DNA of 64,000 nt from Eledone cirrhosa (GCA_964016885.1 OZ024766.1:17980001-18044000), one strand, 5' to 3'. Counted from the stretch's first letter, positions 1 through 14,176 are shown. Notes: generated by a model from the letters alone, not told the origin. Translations and numbers: made by a program.

Positions 1-61
1 ATTCTATATATATATATATATATATATACATACACACTATATATACACGAACAAACATTAG

Positions 62-154
62 ACTAGTCTTGAAGACCAAATTGTGCAAGCAAACCCAGTA
101 CTGGAGGCTTACGGAAACGCCAAGACTGTCCGTAACAACAACTCTTCTCGATTC
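62..154 (+). CDS. Mhc: Myosin heavy chain exon, switch-1 region, mutually exclusive variant a ([31 protein letters not shown])
   Basis: ttag|ACT...TTC|gtaagt; 93 nt, phase 0-0; canonical myosin [18 protein letters not shown] motif. Confidence 0.92.
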
Positions 155-728
155 GTAAGTACTTCAACAAATACAAAAAAATATATATTAAATAAATCGA
201 TCCTCTTTTTTTTTTTTTTTTTTTTTTTTGCTGGATTGATTGACAAACGAGATTTGAACGGGAGACAACTCCAATCTCAGAATAAACAAAAGTATTTAAA
301 CGAGACTTGACCAGAGGTTCGATACACGCGCATACACCCTACATATGAACACTAATAACTAATATATTATATATGTATATACATACATATATATAAATAT
401 ACATATACCTAATATATATATAGATATATATATATACAAGACTATACAATGCACTTACATCAACCCAGTAAACAATAACAACAATAACAATAACAACAAT
501 AACAATAATAATAATAATAATAATATTAATAATATCCCATATAACAAAACCCCATTAATTTTATAATCAAATTCAAAATACCTGTTTCCTGTCTCTCTCC
601 ATCATTTTTTCGTCCATTTTTACTTTCTCTCTTTATTTTTATCTGTCTCTCTCTTTCTCTCTCGCTCTCGCTGTCTCTCGCTGTCTCTCTCGCTCTCTCT
701 GGCCCTGGTCTTTATCTTCATTTAGCTG

Positions 729-759
<31 letters not shown>

Positions 760-2516
760 TTATATATATATTATTTTATACATATTTTATATATATATTT
801 AATTTTATATATATATATATAATATATATATATTATTTTATATATATATTTATTTAATTTTATATATATATATATAATATATATATATTATTTTATATAT
901 ATATTTATTTTATATATATATATATATATATTTTATATATATATATATTTTATATATATATATATATATTTTATATATATATATATATATTTAATTTTAT
1001 ATATATATATATATATTTAATTTTATATATATATATATATATTTAATTTTATATATATATATATATTTAATTTTATATATATATATATATTTAATTTTAT
1101 ATATATATATATATTTAATTTTATATATATATATATATTTAATTTTATATATATATATTATTTTATATATATATATATATTATTTTATATATATATATAT
1201 ATATTATTTTATATATATATATATATTATTTTATATATATATATATATTATTTTATATATATATATATATTATTTTATATATATATATATATTATTTTAT
1301 ATATATAATATATATATTATTTTATATATATAATATATATATTATTTTATATATATATATATATTATTTTATATATATATATATATTATTTTATATATAT
1401 ATTATTTTATATATATATATATATTATTTTATATATATATTATTTTATATATATATATATATATATAATATATATATATTATTTTATATATATTTTATAT
1501 ATATATATTATATATATATATTTAATATACAGTTTCTTCTACTCCCACCGCCTCAACCGTCATCCACTTCATCATGTCACGTGTTACATTTATTAATAAA
1601 GTAATTAATGATTATAGTAATAACAAACATTCCTCCCCCCCACCTCCCCCTCTCCTTCATCGAAGCTCTTTGATTCTACACCAATGTAGCAATAATAGAG
1701 GTATATCATTAAATATGAATTGTCCGATATTTTAACGTACGTTGTGTTTGTAAACGGACATTTTATACTTAACGACCCTCATAAACGGCAGAGGTTTGTC
1801 ATCTATAGTTCTACGAGTATTTTATATCGAAACCTGTCACGTGATGATTTCGTTTCAAAGGGCTTCTGTGGCACCCACCCCCTCTCTCTCTCCCCCTTCT
1901 CCATCGTCACCACCCACCCTTCTCCCTAACCTCTACCTCCAATAAAAAAAAAGTAAAAAAAATTAGAAAGATAAACCTTCCCCAACTTCCCACCTCGCCA
2001 CCAACCCCTCCACCCCCACCACACCAGTTTTTGTTTGTTTTTTTCATATTTAGAAAAGGCAGCGGCGAAAAAAAACTCTTCTAACATTTTGATTTTTAAA
2101 AATTTTTGTGTTTTTTTAATTTAGTTTTTCACCGTAATAATAATAATAATAATAAATCTTTTTTTCTTTCCATTTAATATTTTGAATATAACAAATAATT
2201 CTTTCTTTCCAAAATTTAACATTCTCTCTTCTCTTTTTTTTCAAATCCCGTGTGAATTCCTCTACAAAAAAAAAAAAAAAAATTTGTTTAATTATTAAAA
2301 AAAAACCAACTTCCTCTTCCTCCTCTTCCACTTCGTCTTTCTGTGACAAAAAAAAAACAAAAAACAATAACAACTAACAACCAAAAAAAAAACGCGAAAA
2401 AAAATGTATCTTTTTTCTCTTTGGGGAAACATTTCATCCCAAACGACCAAACGTTTCTTTTTACACCCTTTTTAACATCATCAATAATAACAAAAAAAAA
2501 ACAACAAAAACCCCAG

Positions 2517-2609
2517 GGTTCTCTGGAGGATCAAATTATTCAAGCTAACCCAGTACTAGAGGCGTACGGAAACGCTAAAACTGTCCGTAATAACAACTCT
2601 TCTCGATTT
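2517..2609 (+). CDS. Mhc: Myosin heavy chain exon, switch-1 region, mutually exclusive variant b ([31 protein letters not shown])
   Basis: ccag|GGT...TTT|gtaagt; 93 nt, same phase as 62-154; 2 aa differences but many synonymous changes. Confidence 0.93.
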
Positions 2610-2714
2610 GTAAGTATGAAAAAACAATAATAATAATAATAATAATGATAAAAACAATGATAGTACTAATTATTATGATTAGTACTGCTATTATTGAAAA
2701 TATCATTATCTCCA

Positions 2715-2759
<45 letters not shown>

Positions 2760-2784
2760 GTAGAACTTATGATTTTACAAGACT

Positions 2785-3145
2785 AAGACAATGCAACATG
2801 GACTGTAAAATTTAGTTTAAATGAAGGCTGCCTTACCTGGTATTTAAGATTGTTTTTTTTTTTCAGTCCTAATATTTCGGTACTTAAAAACCCTTATCTC
2901 GGAATGTGGGACATATCTAAGAGTAAAACCTTCCGCTCTTGTCGCTTTGATATTTGAATTTTAGATTTAAAATCCAAAGTGACAAAACCGAAACATTTTA
3001 CTCTTAGATATCCCCTACACACCGAGGAAGGGATTTTAAGCCCCGAAATATTAAGACTGAAAAATTCATCATAAATACTAGTAAGACAAATATCTCTGTA
3101 GCCTTCATTTAAACTAAACTGTACAATCTGCTTTGTATTGTCTTA
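2785..3145. mobile_element. Old imperfect fold-back / MITE-like element
   Basis: Arms such as tttagtttaaatgaaggct/agccttcatttaaactaaa and atatctaagagtaaaa/ttttactcttagatat. Confidence 0.7.
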
Positions 3146-3340
3146 TATATATAAATATACACATACATATACTTTTTAAATGGTTCAGCTTTTTGTAACA
3201 CAGAAAACTATTGGTCGGTAACATGGATTTTAACAATTAATTTTAACCCTTTTATATTTGTAAAGTAATTAATAATTTTATTAAATTTAACCCTTAATTT
3301 TATCCTATCCTCTCTCCCCCCTCTCTCTCTTTATATATAT

Positions 3341-3385
<45 letters not shown>

Positions 3386-3610
3386 CAATATATATATATA
3401 TACTTAAACCTTTATCTATTTATAGATCACACTAATGTAACAAAAAAGAAAAGAAAACACTTTACAATTCCTAACATAAAAACATACCCATGAACTTAGT
3501 GAAAACCTAAAACAAAGTTAATATAATTAATAATAATAGTAAAGGTAATAATAGTTCATTTGTAGCTGTTATATTCTGCCATATATATATATATACACAT
3601 ATATATACAT

Positions 3611-3648
<38 letters not shown>

Positions 3649-3745
3649 GTTTGATGTGTTCCAAGCGACGAAAAGAGAAATGACAAGGATTAGGGGATTG
3701 AGGTGGGAAGAAGTTAGGGATATATATGCATACGCACACACACAC

Positions 3746-3776
<31 letters not shown>

Positions 3777-3846
3777 ACATGTATGTATATACCGACGGCC
3801 ATTTTGACACAAGCATATTTATAGATGACTATTTGGAATCATGAAC

Positions 3847-3883
<37 letters not shown>

Positions 3884-4634
3884 GTATGTATATTGTGGAA
3901 TATATTTAGAAATGAATCCTGTAATTCTCTTAACTCCACTACCACCTAATTTACTCCTAGATATAACCTCATTTACAAACGTTCCGCAATCTTAACGTCA
4001 CTCTATATTAGAATTATTCCGACGCACTACTTATTAACAATATTTAAGTTACAAATTAACATTTAATACCCATGTTTTATGTTCACCCCGTCCCACCTCA
4101 TAAATAGATATACTTTTAAAAATATATTTCTAATTACTTATTTAACAAATGTACTATATATTTTGTGTGTGTATATGTATATATATGCACATATATGTGT
4201 ATATATACATATATGTGTATTTGTCTATATTTCCTAACCCGGCCAAAGGTTTTTATTTATTACAAAAAGCTAAATAGAAATACTGCATTTTCTTTTTTTA
4301 CTTGTTGTATTAGTGTCCGAGCATTCTCCAGACTGGTGTGTGCTCGTAAAGTATCTAGTATTCAGGAAAATGTTCAAATTACAGCTGCAACCTCAGGGAG
4401 ATTCGGCGCGTGACACAGAATGTGACAAAGCCCTTCCAATTACATGTTGATGAAAGAAATACCAGTAATACACTGGGATAATTGCTGGCCTTGTGCCAAA
4501 AGTAGAAACAATTATATATATGTATATATATATATATAATATATATATATATAATATATGTATATAATATATGTATATATATATATATATATATAATATA
4601 TATATATATGTGCCTGAACACTATATATATATAT

Positions 4635-4880
4635 ATATATATATAATGTGTCTTAGCATTCCACAGACATGTCTACTCTTCACGTAGCTCTCGGGGAGAT
4701 TCGGCGTGCGTATTCTTTGCTAGCTGAGTGAACTGGAGCTACGAGAAATGAAGTGTCTTGCTCAAGGACACAATGGAATGGAACTCCAGGAATGGAACTC
4801 CTGACGTTATATTCGTAAGTCGAATAACCCCCCCCCCCCCACCCGCCTTATTCTAACCACTGAGTCACGCGTCTGCATAA
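4635..4880 (-). mobile_element. tRNA-derived CORE-like SINE (degenerate)
   Basis: rc A-box tgactcagtggttag; tgtccttgagcaagacacttc core. Confidence 0.7.
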
Positions 4881-5599
4881 GATTAATTAATTAAATACTC
4901 AATAAAATTAATAAAAATAAAATAACACTACATATACCACACTCCACACACTACATACTATACACTACATATAACAGAAGCTACGCGACTGCGCAGAGAG
5001 TTCAGGTACACGAATGTACGCCTGATGACGCAGCGAAACCTCGCACGAATCTACCCTCTAAATAACAACAATAACAACTATAACAATAATAATATAATAA
5101 TAATAATATTAATATTAATTTAGTAAACCTTTTTCCCTTAATACAAAAAAAACCCCTGTATTTAACATGTAGCAATTTAAAAGAAAACAAAATGTTTATA
5201 GTATCATTAGTCGTGTGAATATTTACAGTATTACAGTAAAGACTTTAATATTTAATGTGATGTAGTCATAGTGTTTTGTACTAAATGTTTATAGTATCTT
5301 TACTGGTGGACAGATTGTTGTGAAAATTTATAGTAAAGACTTTAATATTTAATGTGATGTAGTCATAGTGTTTTCCTGCCGTACGTGGTATTAAAAATTA
5401 AACACCGTAGAATCCTTTCCTCTACGGATTGAAAGTCGGTCGATTTCTTCCTGATGAAGGTGGGGGGGAGGAAAATTGACACCAGTATATGACTGGTACT
5501 GCCTATCAATGACCTCGCCCGGATTTGAACTGAGAATATGACAACCAACCTCGCAGTAGTAGTAGTAGTAGTAGTAGTAGTATAGTATTTCTGATTTAG

Positions 5600-5760
5600 C
5601 CATTTTTTTGGGGGGGGGGGATTAAGTCGACCCCCCCCCCCCAGTGCATTACTGGTACTTTGTTTTGTCGACGCACTCCATATATGGATTGAAGGCAAAG
5701 TTGGCGACGGCGGCGGGATTTTAATTCAGAGACGTAGAAACTAGAAACTAAAACAATAAT
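5600..5760 (-). mobile_element. SINE (second family), degenerate
   Basis: Similar to the reverse complement of 62565-62750 (aaagtaccagtaatgcactggg). Confidence 0.6.
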
Positions 5761-6794
5761 AATAATAATATTAATAACCATAACAACCACAGCAATAACA
5801 ACAACAATAATAATAATAATAATAATAACAATAATATTTCTTTAATACATTTAACAATGAAAATAAAAATTTAAAAAAACCCACAAAAATTAACAGGAAA
5901 AGATTAACAAACAAAATATTTACTCATATTTTTGCATAAATATGAATATTAATTATTTTAAATTAACACAGCAAAAAATAACGACGATTTGTAAATAAAA
6001 TTAATATTTTTTTTTTCATAACCGTTAATTCTAATTTTAACACAGAAAAATAACGACTATTTGTAAATATAATTTTGATAATTCTAACTTAACACAGAAA
6101 AATATAACGACTATTTGTAAATCTAATTTTGACAATGATAATTCTAATTTTACTCAGAAAAAAAATAGTGAAGATTTGTAAATATAATTTTGACAATGAT
6201 AATTCTAATTTTACACAAAAAGATAACGACGATTTGCAGATAAAATTAATATTATTTTCATAACCGTTAATTTTAATTTTGACAATGATAATTCTATTTA
6301 ACACAGACAAAAATAGCGACGATTTGTAAATCTAATTTTGACAATGATAATTCTAATTTAACAAACAAACAAAAAATAACGACGATTTGTAAATAAAATT
6401 AATATTTTTTTCATAACCGTTAATTCTAATTTGACAATGATAATTCTAATTTAACACTGAAAAAAAAAAAAAAAACGATTTGAATAATTAAATATTTTTT
6501 ACTTATATATAATATATTAACCAGAAATATAATTTGGACGAGAAAAATTCTAAATTAACACAAAATAAAAAGATTTTTTTCTAAACAATTAAATTTTTAA
6601 TATAACAATTGATTGTAATTTTAAAAATAAAATATAATGTAAATATAATAAAATTTTAATGAAGTAAATACTATTTTAATTAATAAGTTGAGAATCTTCA
6701 ACATTTTGGGGGGGGAAATTTTCTAATTAATTGATTTAGAATTTGGCGGAATTTATTGGAATTATTTAGTTTATTTACCAAGCTACAATGTACC

Positions 6795-7016
6795 AAGTAC
6801 ACTCTGTAAAGTGTTGGTGTTGGTGCTGCTATAAAACATGCACCGGGTACACTCTGTAAAGTGTTAGAGCTGGTGACATAATAAAAAATGCACCGGGTAC
6901 ACTCTGTAAAGTGTTAGAGCTGGTGACATAATAAAAAATGCACCCGGTACACTCTGTAAAGTGTTAGAGCTGGTGACATAATAAAAAATGCAGCCAATAC
7001 ACTCTGTAAAGTGTTA
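6795..7016. repeat. ~49 bp tandem repeat (about 4.5 copies)
   Basis: gtacactctgtaaagtgttagagctggtgacataataaaaaatgcacc unit. Confidence 0.85.
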
Positions 7017-7627
7017 GTGCTGGCCCTGCCATGAGAACGTGCAACCAGTACACCCATTACACATGGCTCGGGGGGGGGGGGTGAACCCTGATGTTAGGTC
7101 ACCCATGGCGGGCTTAAAAACTTCATACTGATCATGGAGGTGCTTGCTTTGAGCCAAAAACACAACACGACTAACATGGATGCAGTGTATCCTTTTAGTA
7201 ATGTATGTATACACACATATATATAAATATATACACACACATATATATATGTGTGAATATGTATATACGTATGTATAAATATATATACACGTGTATATAT
7301 GTATTTATATATATATATATATATATATAGATACATGCAAATATATGTAAATATTTATATGTATAAATATATATACATATATGTAAATATGTATATATTT
7401 ATATGTATAAATATATATACATATATGTAAATATGTATATATATATATGTAATTATATATATATATATACGTGTAAATATGTATAAATATATATATATAT
7501 ATATACGTGTAAATATGTATATGTATGTAAATATGTATATGTATAAAAATATATATGTAAATATATATATATATATATATATATAAATATATATGTAAAT
7601 ATATATATATATATATATATATAAATA

Positions 7628-7659
<32 letters not shown>

Positions 7660-7701
7660 AATATATATGTAAATATATATATATATATATATATATAAAT
7701 A

Positions 7702-7733
<32 letters not shown>

Positions 7734-7737
7734 AATA

Positions 7738-7771
<34 letters not shown>

Positions 7772-7775
7772 AATA

Positions 7776-7816
<41 letters not shown>

Positions 7817-8080
7817 AAATATGTATATGTATAAATATATACACATATATACATGTAAATATGTATATATATATACATATGTAAGTATATATATTTAGAA
7901 CATATAGAATAGGTATTTAGTTAGTATTTCAATATATATATATATATACGTATATTTATGTATTTATATATATATATATATATATATCTATATAATAAAA
8001 CACATACATTAAGTAATTAGGTAATGTTTCAATTAAAACTTCTGCCGCGTCATAACATCGCTTCCTATGCAATCTTCCAG

Positions 8081-8144
8081 GGTAAATTTATCCGTATCCA
8101 TTTTGGTACCCAAGGAAAAATCGCTGGTGCTGATATTGAAACTT
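8081..8144 (+). CDS. Mhc: Mhc exon (GKFIRIHFGTQGKIAGADIET)
   Basis: ccag|GGT...ACT T|gtaagt; 64 nt, phase 0-1. Confidence 0.95.
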
Positions 8145-8253
8145 GTAAGTATTGTTCTTTGGTGGTTTTGGTCCTTTCTTGTCACCATTATGATCATTAT
8201 CCTAGTTATAACATATATATATATATATTTATATATATATATATTTATATATG

Positions 8254-8284
<31 letters not shown>

Positions 8285-8373
8285 ATATATATATTTATAT
8301 ATGTATATATATATATATATATATGTATATTTATATACGATATTAAATAAATGGAAACTATATTTATAAAACC

Positions 8374-8450
8374 ATATTTATTTCATTATATATATTTCAG
8401 GGATATCATATTAAAAATATGGTATGCCTTCATCAGACAAAATACAATAT
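8374..8450 (-). ncRNA. Hammerhead ribozyme motif, antisense copy in the left arm of the fold-back
   Basis: Reverse complement of 8493-8569. Confidence 0.65.
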
Positions 8451-8492
8451 AAACAGTCTTATAAATTATTTATAAGACTGTTTATATTGTTT

Positions 8493-8569
8493 ATATTGTA
8501 TTTTGTCTGATGAAGGCATACCATATTTTTAATATGATATCCCTGAAATATATATAATGAAATAAATAT
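8493..8569 (+). ncRNA. Minimal type-I hammerhead ribozyme motif, sense to the Mhc pre-mRNA
   Basis: Stem I tattttgt/atgaaata; CTGATGA at 8507-8513; stem II agg..cct; GAAA at 8545-8548; stem III T-ATAT-A; AUA triplet with predicted cleavage after 8556. Confidence 0.7.
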
Positions 8570-8773
8570 GGTTTTATAAATATAGTTTCCATTTATTTAA
8601 TATCGTAAATATACTCCAAATACTTGTTGAGTGCTTTTATATCAGTTATAAATATTTACTCGTTGTAACCCAACAATTTAAATAAAACTTTTTATATCTA
8701 TATTTATATTTATATATATATTTATATTTATATATATTTATATTTATATTTATATATATATTTATATATATAT

Positions 8774-8807
<34 letters not shown>

Positions 8808-8893
8808 AATATATATATATATATTTTTATATATATAAATATATATATATATTTTTATATATATAAATATATATATATATATTTATATATATT

Positions 8894-8928
<35 letters not shown>

Positions 8929-9043
8929 ATAGTTAAAATATGAATGTGCACACACACCCATATATATACTTTTTTGCCAAAAGAAGAAACAATTTTTATA
9001 TATATACATTATATATATTATATATATATATATATACACACAT

Positions 9044-9076
<33 letters not shown>

Positions 9077-9101
9077 CGTATATTTATGTATTTATATATA
9101 T

Positions 9102-9172
<71 letters not shown>

Positions 9173-9298
9173 GTATATTTATGTATTTATATATATTGTA
9201 TATATACATTATATATATTGTATATATACATTATATATATATATTTATATATATTGTATATATACATTATATATATATATATACACACATACGTGTAT

Positions 9299-9333
<35 letters not shown>

Positions 9334-9486
9334 CGTATAAGGTCTGTAACCTACATAGAGCACTTTTATTTCCTGGACCTTTCCGACGGAATTACTTCAT
9401 TCACACCCACCCACACACACATACACACACACATATATATAGATAGAAAAATATATATATATAATGTTGTTGATGTTATATTACAG

Positions 9487-9585
9487 ACCTTTTGGAAAAA
9501 TCACGTGTCACCTTCCAGCAGACTGTTGAACGAAACTACCATATCTTCTACCAATTGTTGACCCCTGTATTCCCAGAGGTTATTG
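9487..9585 (+). CDS. Mhc: Mhc exon ([25 protein letters not shown]...)
   Basis: acag|AC...ATT G|gtaagt; 99 nt; YLLEKSR and ERNYHIFY myosin motifs. Confidence 0.95.
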
Positions 9586-9626
9586 GTAAGTTATACACGC
9601 TCCCCTCAATCACACGCACACCCACG

Positions 9627-9675
<49 letters not shown>

Positions 9676-10026
9676 CCTTTTGACAGATTAAATGCCATGG
9701 GCGCGCTACGGATCGATGTTCTGTTCACATCATCCAAGAGACGGGCGATATTTGGACACCGTACGCTTCCCTCAAGCACACACACACACATACACACACA
9801 CACACACACCACCACCACACCACACCACACCACGCGCGCACACGCACACGCACACACACGTGCTGGCGTTTTGTGTGTGATTTGTTTATTTAGAAAAGTG
9901 GATGATGGAGCGCGTCTACCTGAAATGGAAAAAAAGTGTTTTGTAAAATGAGCTATACTTGTGCACGTGCGTAAGCGTGTGTGTGTGTGTATATGCGCGT
10001 GTGTTCTTATACGTCTGTACGAAGCT

Positions 10027-10065
<39 letters not shown>

Positions 10066-10123
10066 AAAAGAGTCAGGACCCCGACGGCTGAGCTTCGGCC
10101 GTTTCGACAGGTAGATCCGAACT

Positions 10124-10176
<53 letters not shown>

Positions 10177-10345
10177 GAACTGCTGTATGTATATTTATAA
10201 GTAGCTGTATATATATATATAGTGTGTGTGTATCTGCAGCCATCATGTGTGTATGCGTATTCGCCTCCAAAATCGTAATGACAGCAGACAGCTATAACTT
10301 ACTTTGATTGTATTTCTGTTAAAACGTTTTTCTTTACTTCCACAG

Positions 10346-10449
10346 AGAAAATGCTGTGCGCCCAAGACCCCGGTCTTTACACCTTCATTAACCAGGGTAC
10401 CCTGACTGTTGATGGTATTGATGATGATGCTGAGATGCATCTCACTGAT
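10346..10449 (+). CDS. Mhc: Mhc exon ([35 protein letters not shown])
   Basis: acag|AG...GAT|gtaagt; 104 nt, phase 1-0. Confidence 0.94.
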
Positions 10450-10509
10450 GTAAGTTTACTACACCACCTCATCACAACTTTATCACCCCTCCTGCTTCTT
10501 TCAATATAT

Positions 10510-10593
<84 letters not shown>

Positions 10594-10689
10594 GTATATG
10601 TATGTCTCTCTTTCTCTATCTATCCCTCTACGTCTTTCTCTCTCTCACTCTCTATACCTCAACGTCACTCTCTCTCTCTCTCTCTCCAG

Positions 10690-10822
10690 ACTGCCTTTGA
10701 TGTGTTGGGTTTCACCGACGAGGAGAAAATGTCCATGTACAAATGTACAGGTTGTATTCTTCACTTGGGAGAAATGAAATTCAAACAGAGAGGTGAACAA
10801 GCTGAAGTTGATGGTACAGCTG
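10690..10822 (+). CDS. Mhc: Mhc exon ([13 protein letters not shown]...EVDGTA)
   Basis: ccag|ACT...GCT G|gtaagt; 133 nt. Confidence 0.95.
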
Positions 10823-10847
10823 GTAAGTGAACTCTCATGTCATATTT

Positions 10848-11663
10848 CTTCACTTTGATAAGTGTTATTTTCCCCGAAATATATCAACAACAGTTAAATA
10901 CTTTCCATATAAATATCACCCCATCCCTTCAATACAGTTAATTTCTTGAACTGTTTTTCTCCACTTTGATAAGTGTTATTTTCCCCGAAATATATCAACA
11001 ACAGTTAAATACTTTCCATATAAATATCACCCCATCCCCTTCAATACAGTTAATTTCTTGAACTGTTTTTCTCCACTTTGATAAGTGTTATTTTCCCCGA
11101 AATATATCAACAACAGTTAAATACTTTCCATATAAATATCACCCCATCCCTTCAATACAGTTAATTTCTTGAACTGTTTTTCTCCACTTTGATAAGTGTT
11201 ATTTTCCCCGAAATATATCAACAACAGTTAAATACTTTCCATATAAATATCACCCCATCCCTTCAATACAGTTAATTTCTTGAACTGTTTTTCTCCACTT
11301 TGATAAGTGTTATTTTCCCCGAAATATATCAACAACAGTTAAATACTTTCCATATAAATATCACCCCATCCCCTTCAATACAGTTAATTTCTTGAACTGT
11401 TTTTCTCCACTTTGATGAGTGGTATTTTCTCCGAAATATATCAACAACAGTTAAATACTTTCCATATAAATATCACCCCATCCCTTCAATACAGTTAATT
11501 TCTTGAACTGTTTTTCTCCACTTTGATAAGTGTTATTTTCCCCGAAATATATCAACAACAGTTAAATACTTTCCATATAAATATCACCCCATCCCCTTCA
11601 ATACAGTTAATTTCTTGAACTGTTTTTCTCCACTTTGATGAGTGGTATTTTCTCCGAAATATA
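10848..11663. repeat. 111-112 bp tandem repeat (about 7 copies)
   Basis: ccactttgataagtgttattttccccgaaat recurs with this period. Confidence 0.92.
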
Positions 11664-11840
11664 TTAGGAACTGTTAGATATTTTCCTTGTAAATACCACC
11701 ACCAACATACCGACAATAAAAGTTGTAGTGAATCAAAAGGATTACGTTTTAAAGTGCCTTCATACACCACAGATCTATCTTAACAATCTCATATAACACT
11801 TTACTATGTTTAAATCCCATTTTTCTCTCCCTGTTTTCAG

Positions 11841-11959
11841 AGGCCGAAAAAGTTGCTTTCCTTTTGGGTGTCAATGCTGGCGATTTGTTGAAATGCTTGC
11901 TTAAGCCCAAGATCAAGGTCGGCACAGAATACGTCACACAAGGTCGTAACAAGAACCAG
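11841..11959 (+). CDS. Mhc: Mhc exon (EAEKVAFLLGVNAGDLLKCLLKPKIKVGTEYVTQGRNKNQ)
   Basis: tcag|AG...CAG|gtatgt; 119 nt. Confidence 0.95.
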
Positions 11960-12058
11960 GTATGTATTAAAGAAATAGTGACATCATCTATAAATATGTG
12001 TGGCAAGAGTGATAGAAATCAAATGAGATGGGGCTGGGTTATCAGATCTCTCTCTCTG

Positions 12059-12127
<69 letters not shown>

Positions 12128-12309
12128 GTAAATATATAACATGCCTGACGACACCGCATTAAACATACTATTACATAAGTAACTATGACATTGAAATGTG
12201 CATAATAGATGTGATGTAGAACAATAAATGGAAGTGTAAAATGTAAAACCGTCTATACACATCTAAATATACATATACATCTCTCTCTCTCTCTTTCTCT
12301 CCCTAACAG

Positions 12310-12459
12310 GTTGACAACTCCATCTCAGCCTTGGCCAAGTCCCTCTACGATCGTATGTTTAACTGGCTGGTCAAACGTGTTAACCACACACTTGATACCA
12401 AAACCAAACGTCAATTCTTCATCGGTGTACTGGATATTGCTGGTTTCGAGATCTTCGAT
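12310..12459 (+). CDS. Mhc: Mhc exon, switch 2 (…[14 protein letters not shown])
   Basis: acag|GTT...GAT|gtaagt; 150 nt; DIAGFE motif. Confidence 0.96.
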
Positions 12460-12814
12460 GTAAGTTTTTTTTCTTTTTACGTGTTATCTTATAACTGTTT
12501 CTTCACAAAATATAACTACTTCATTACCAAAGTTTCTGGATCCCAGACAATAATATTACACGTCTGGATCGTTCGTCAGACAGAGATGTCATAGATAAAT
12601 TATAAGGAAATTTACCAACATCAGCTATGTTATATCTTATATGAAATAAATTACACACTATAAATCTATCTTTCTGTTTATCTAACCATCTATTTCTTTA
12701 GCTAATGAGCCACAAAGCTTGAGACAGGCTTTAACTTAACGTTATATATAATCTATGCATTACATAATCTTGTGATCGACTAGCATAGATTATTATAAAA
12801 TAAAGAACCAGTAA

Positions 12815-13201
<387 letters not shown>

Positions 13202-13253
13202 TAAAGGAGGAAAGTTGTGATTCGTTTTTTAAACATAATTTCTTTTACAATTT

Positions 13254-13292
<39 letters not shown>

Positions 13293-13526
13293 TTATATAT
13301 ATTTATATATATTTATATATTTATATATATTTATATATATATATATATATTTATATATATGTATATATGTATATATATATAAATAATAAAAATATTTAGA
13401 CGCACAAAACCCACTCTGTACCGTCTGTAATGTTTTTCTTGATGTCAGCTCTTGTGGCCAATAAAGAAATCATTATTATTATTGTTGTTATTATTGTTAT
13501 TGTTATTATTATTATTATTATTTCAG

Positions 13527-13706
13527 CCCATGGGTATCTTATCCATTCTTGAAGAAGAGTGCATGTTCCCCAAGGCCTCCGATCAAACCTTCAAGAACAA
13601 ATTGTACGATAACCATCTTGGTAAGAACCCCATGTTTGGAAAGCCTAAGCCACCCAAATCAGGACAGAAGGAAGCTCACTTCGCTCTTCACCATTATGCT
13701 GGCAGC
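13527..13706 (+). CDS. Mhc: Mhc exon ([19 protein letters not shown]...HYAGS)
   Basis: tcag|CCC...AGC|gtaagt; 180 nt. Confidence 0.96.
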
Positions 13707-13747
13707 GTAAGTACCAGTTAGATATATTGGGGGCTTGGTTGAATAGA

Positions 13748-14112
13748 GTCGTCAAATATGAAATTTATAGAAATTTGTTTATTTTTCTACAAATTTCTAC
13801 AAATTTCTATAAATTTCTTGGGTCGTCAAATATGAAATGTATAGAAATTTGTTTATTTTTCTACAAATTTCTATAAATTTCTTGGGTCGCCAAATATGAA
13901 ATTTGTATAAATTTGTTTATTTTTCTACAAATTTCTACAAATTTCTACAAATTTCTATAAATTTCTTGGGTCGCCAAATATGAAATTTGTAGAAATTTGT
14001 TTATTTTTCTACAAATTTCTACAAATTTCTATAAATTTCTTGGGTCATCAAATATGAAATTCGTAGAGATTTATTTATTTTTTCTACAAACTTCTACAAA
14101 TTTCATACTTGG
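13748..14112. repeat. 60-80 bp tandem repeat with internal palindromic arms; related copies at about 32090 and 34470
   Basis: gggtcg(t/c)caaatatgaaatttgtagaaa...tttctacaaatttc unit. Confidence 0.8.
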
Positions 14113-14176
14113 CATATGTAGTTTGACGGTTTCCTCCCTCCTACAACTACTTATTGTGTTGTCTTCTTCATTATAG

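Larger units (their letters stand above)
8336..8695. mobile_element. Fold-back (about 130 bp arms, 8336-8607) of a dispersed hammerhead-bearing repeat, Penelope-like pseudo-LTR architecture
   Basis: Near-perfect inverted repeat; homologous segments at 34785-35050, 35500-35580 and 47910-48200. Confidence 0.7.

Noticed and set aside
62-2609. Assembly duplication as the explanation for the twin exons
   Set aside because: The copies differ at many synonymous sites and their flanks are unrelated
5015-5060. CTGATGA...GAAAC (also CTGATGA...GAAA at 5451-5475)
   Set aside because: No stem II or stem I pairing can be built; at best decayed remnants
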